Both the position numbers and the translations under genes were made by a program. Positions 62,690 through 64,000 of a stretch of DNA of 64,000 bases are shown here, piece after piece. Source of the stretch: Methanobrevibacter sp. (GTDB lineage Archaea > Methanobacteriota > Methanobacteria > Methanobacteriales > Methanobacteriaceae); contig NZ_JAGAXX010000003.1 in assembly GCF_017940815.1 (NCBI RefSeq), forward strand, positions 9,963-73,962, written 5' to 3'. The notes beneath the pieces are model-generated. The model worked only from the letters and a program-made list of their open reading frames with translations, searched no databases and had not been told where the DNA came from. Every line of letters begins with the position of its first letter. Position 1 is the stretch's first letter.

Positions 62690-63391
62690 TTGTCTTCCTA
62701 TAAGGGACATTCAATATTTGCATTAGTACTCGCATTCATGTTTTTTCACAATCCTCTAACAATTGCTTTAACGTTAATTGGTGCAAATATTCCTGACTTT
62801 GATCATAAATTCAAGAAGGACAATGTCTACAAGATAATTATTTTAGGATTGATAGTGTTCATTTCACTTTATATCCTTAAATTACCTTATTATATTGGTT
62901 TAATAATTGTTTTTTTAGGGGTTACCTTTTATTTTTCAGAACACAGAAGTTTTACCCATTCGATTTTTGGCGTCTTGACTTTGACTGCTGCCGTATCTTT
63001 GATTTTGATTTGGGGCTCTCAACTGATTGATGCAGTTACTGTAATCGATAATCATTATCTTCTGATGGCAATTTTGATAGCTCTCTTAAGTTTTTTGTTC
63101 TTGAACAAGAAGCTGCTAATGATTTTCATTCCATTATTTTTCATTGGTTTATTTGTATTTCCTACAATGGAAATAAGTTATATTGAAATTGTTTTGAGTT
63201 TGTTTTTGGGATTGTTTTCACATGTTGTTCTTGATTCTTTTACTCCTGCGGGAATTAAGATTTTTGCGCCAATCTCATCAAAGAAGGTTTATAGAAATTT
63301 TGGATTGAGCATGGTGTTTCTGTTGGCAGTATTATCTTTGATAATTCATATTCCAATTCTTTTTGTGATTTTTGAGCAGTATGTTCTTTAG
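62690..63391 (+). CDS. ydjM: membrane-bound metal-dependent hydrolase YdjM/DUF457 family
   Basis: KGHSIFAL, NIPDFDH, SFTHSIFG and HVVLDSFTPAGIK motifs. TTG start preceded by AAGGTGAT. Confidence 0.75.
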   Translation: MSSYKGHSIFALVLAFMFFHNPLTIALTLIGANIPDFDHKFKKDNVYKIIILGLIVFISLYILKLPYYIGLIIVFLGVTFYFSEHRSFTHSIFGVLTLTAAVSLILIWGSQLIDAVTVIDNHYLLMAILIALLSFLFLNKKLLMIFIPLFFIGLFVFPTMEISYIEIVLSLFLGLFSHVVLDSFTPAGIKIFAPISSKKVYRNFGLSMVFLLAVLSLIIHIPILFVIFEQYVL

Positions 63392-64000
63392 AATCTGCAA
63401 GTAAAGAACAGTCCAGAATTTTTTACCCATAAACAAAACTTGGAAACAATATACAGCACCGGAAGTTCTATTAATGGACCAATAACTAATGCGATTGAAA
63501 TCAACTCATGTCCGGGGAATGAGTTTATAGCGATTGCAAGTGCCAAAGGTGAATTTCTAGCCAATGTGGTCATTGTCAAGCTTGCATATTCCTCATATGT
63601 GAAGTTGATTTTTTCAGATAACAATAGGTCTATTATGGTGTTCGCTACAAAGAATATGAGTAATGGGACAAAAATGCTTACAATTGAGTTTAGGTTATTG
63701 AACAATAGTTCTCCTTGGCTTGCGAATATGCAAAATACGGCAAGAGCCAAAAACCAAATCTGTAGTGAAGAGAACAGGTCGCTTGCCTTTTCATTTAACT
63801 CATCATTCAATATGAATTTGATGATTTGGGCAGCGATGAATGGGATGACAATGACAATTAAAAGGGAATATGCCAATTGACTGTAATCCATTGTGTTTCC
63901 GCTTGAGAAGAATATTATCAGATATATTGGCAACAATATAATTTGCAGCACTAGATTTATAGGTAAAATTGATAAGCTTAGAGTAATGTCTCCTTTTGCC
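63388..64000 (-). CDS. acr3: ACR3-family arsenite efflux / BASS-fold transporter, N-terminus beyond the window edge
   Basis: C-terminal motif TLARNSPLALAIAINSFPG...ALVIGPLIELPVL. The minus-strand frame stays open from 63951 to nt 64000 with no stop, so the gene is 5'-truncated by the window. Confidence 0.7.
   Translation of the reverse strand, partial: AKGDITLSLSILPINLVLQIILLPIYLIIFFSSGNTMDYSQLAYSLLIVIVIPFIAAQIIKFILNDELNEKASDLFSSLQIWFLALAVFCIFASQGELLFNNLNSIVSIFVPLLIFFVANTIIDLLLSEKINFTYEEYASLTMTTLARNSPLALAIAINSFPGHELISIALVIGPLIELPVLYIVSKFCLWVKNSGLFFTCRF

Overview
AT-rich archaeal (methanogen) chromosome segment. The gene content and style look like Methanobrevibacter or another Methanobacteriales member: ftr, hjc, an intron-containing tRNA-Trp, GGTG(A) Shine-Dalgarno sites, oligo-T terminators and giant adhesin-like proteins. 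I cannot assign the species without a database search. Nt 1-29,850 (47% of the window) is an accessory island of five same-strand giant surface-protein genes. One is truncated by the window edge and one is split by a 1-nt frameshift. They are built from parallel beta-helix / Pmp-type GGA(I/V/L) repeat modules, long arrays of Ig-like repeats, and in most copies a very Lys-rich C-terminal module ending in KVKK/KIKK/TVKK. The rest is mostly core genome. It holds grpE-dnaK-dnaJ with a divergent wHTH regulator, hypF, larB, a GNAT, and a TagGH-like ABC-2 exporter. It also holds gatB-(CBS/ParB fusion)-hisE, a cytidylyltransferase-gpsA-radical SAM trio, and a five-tRNA operon (Asn-Met-Glu-Leu-His). 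Further genes are hjc, tRNA-Trp (75-nt intron with a box C/D guide), trkAH, envelope-modification genes, ftr, a sixth smaller surface protein, nnr, sfsA, cobB, argG, an SF1 helicase, an AstE/AspA-like hydrolase, ydjM and a truncated acr3. The most interesting observations follow. (1) A strong SD is followed 5 nt later by in-frame AUU/AUC rather than AUG at the adhesin gene heads. (2) A single-A deletion detaches the Lys-rich C-terminal module of the 2039-aa adhesin. (3) The poly-Lys Ig-like C-terminal module is a candidate non-covalent cell-wall anchor, contrasting with a TM-anchored paralog. (4) A jelly-roll/lectin-like domain is nested inside one Ig repeat of the 3227-aa protein. (5) A penicillin-V-acylase/bile-salt-hydrolase-like Cys-Ntn signature lies inside a secreted Ig-domain protein. 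(6) The tRNA-Trp intron guide is positioned on C34. (7) A promoter-bearing structured leader lies upstream of argG. No CRISPR array, rRNA, transposase or integrase was seen.
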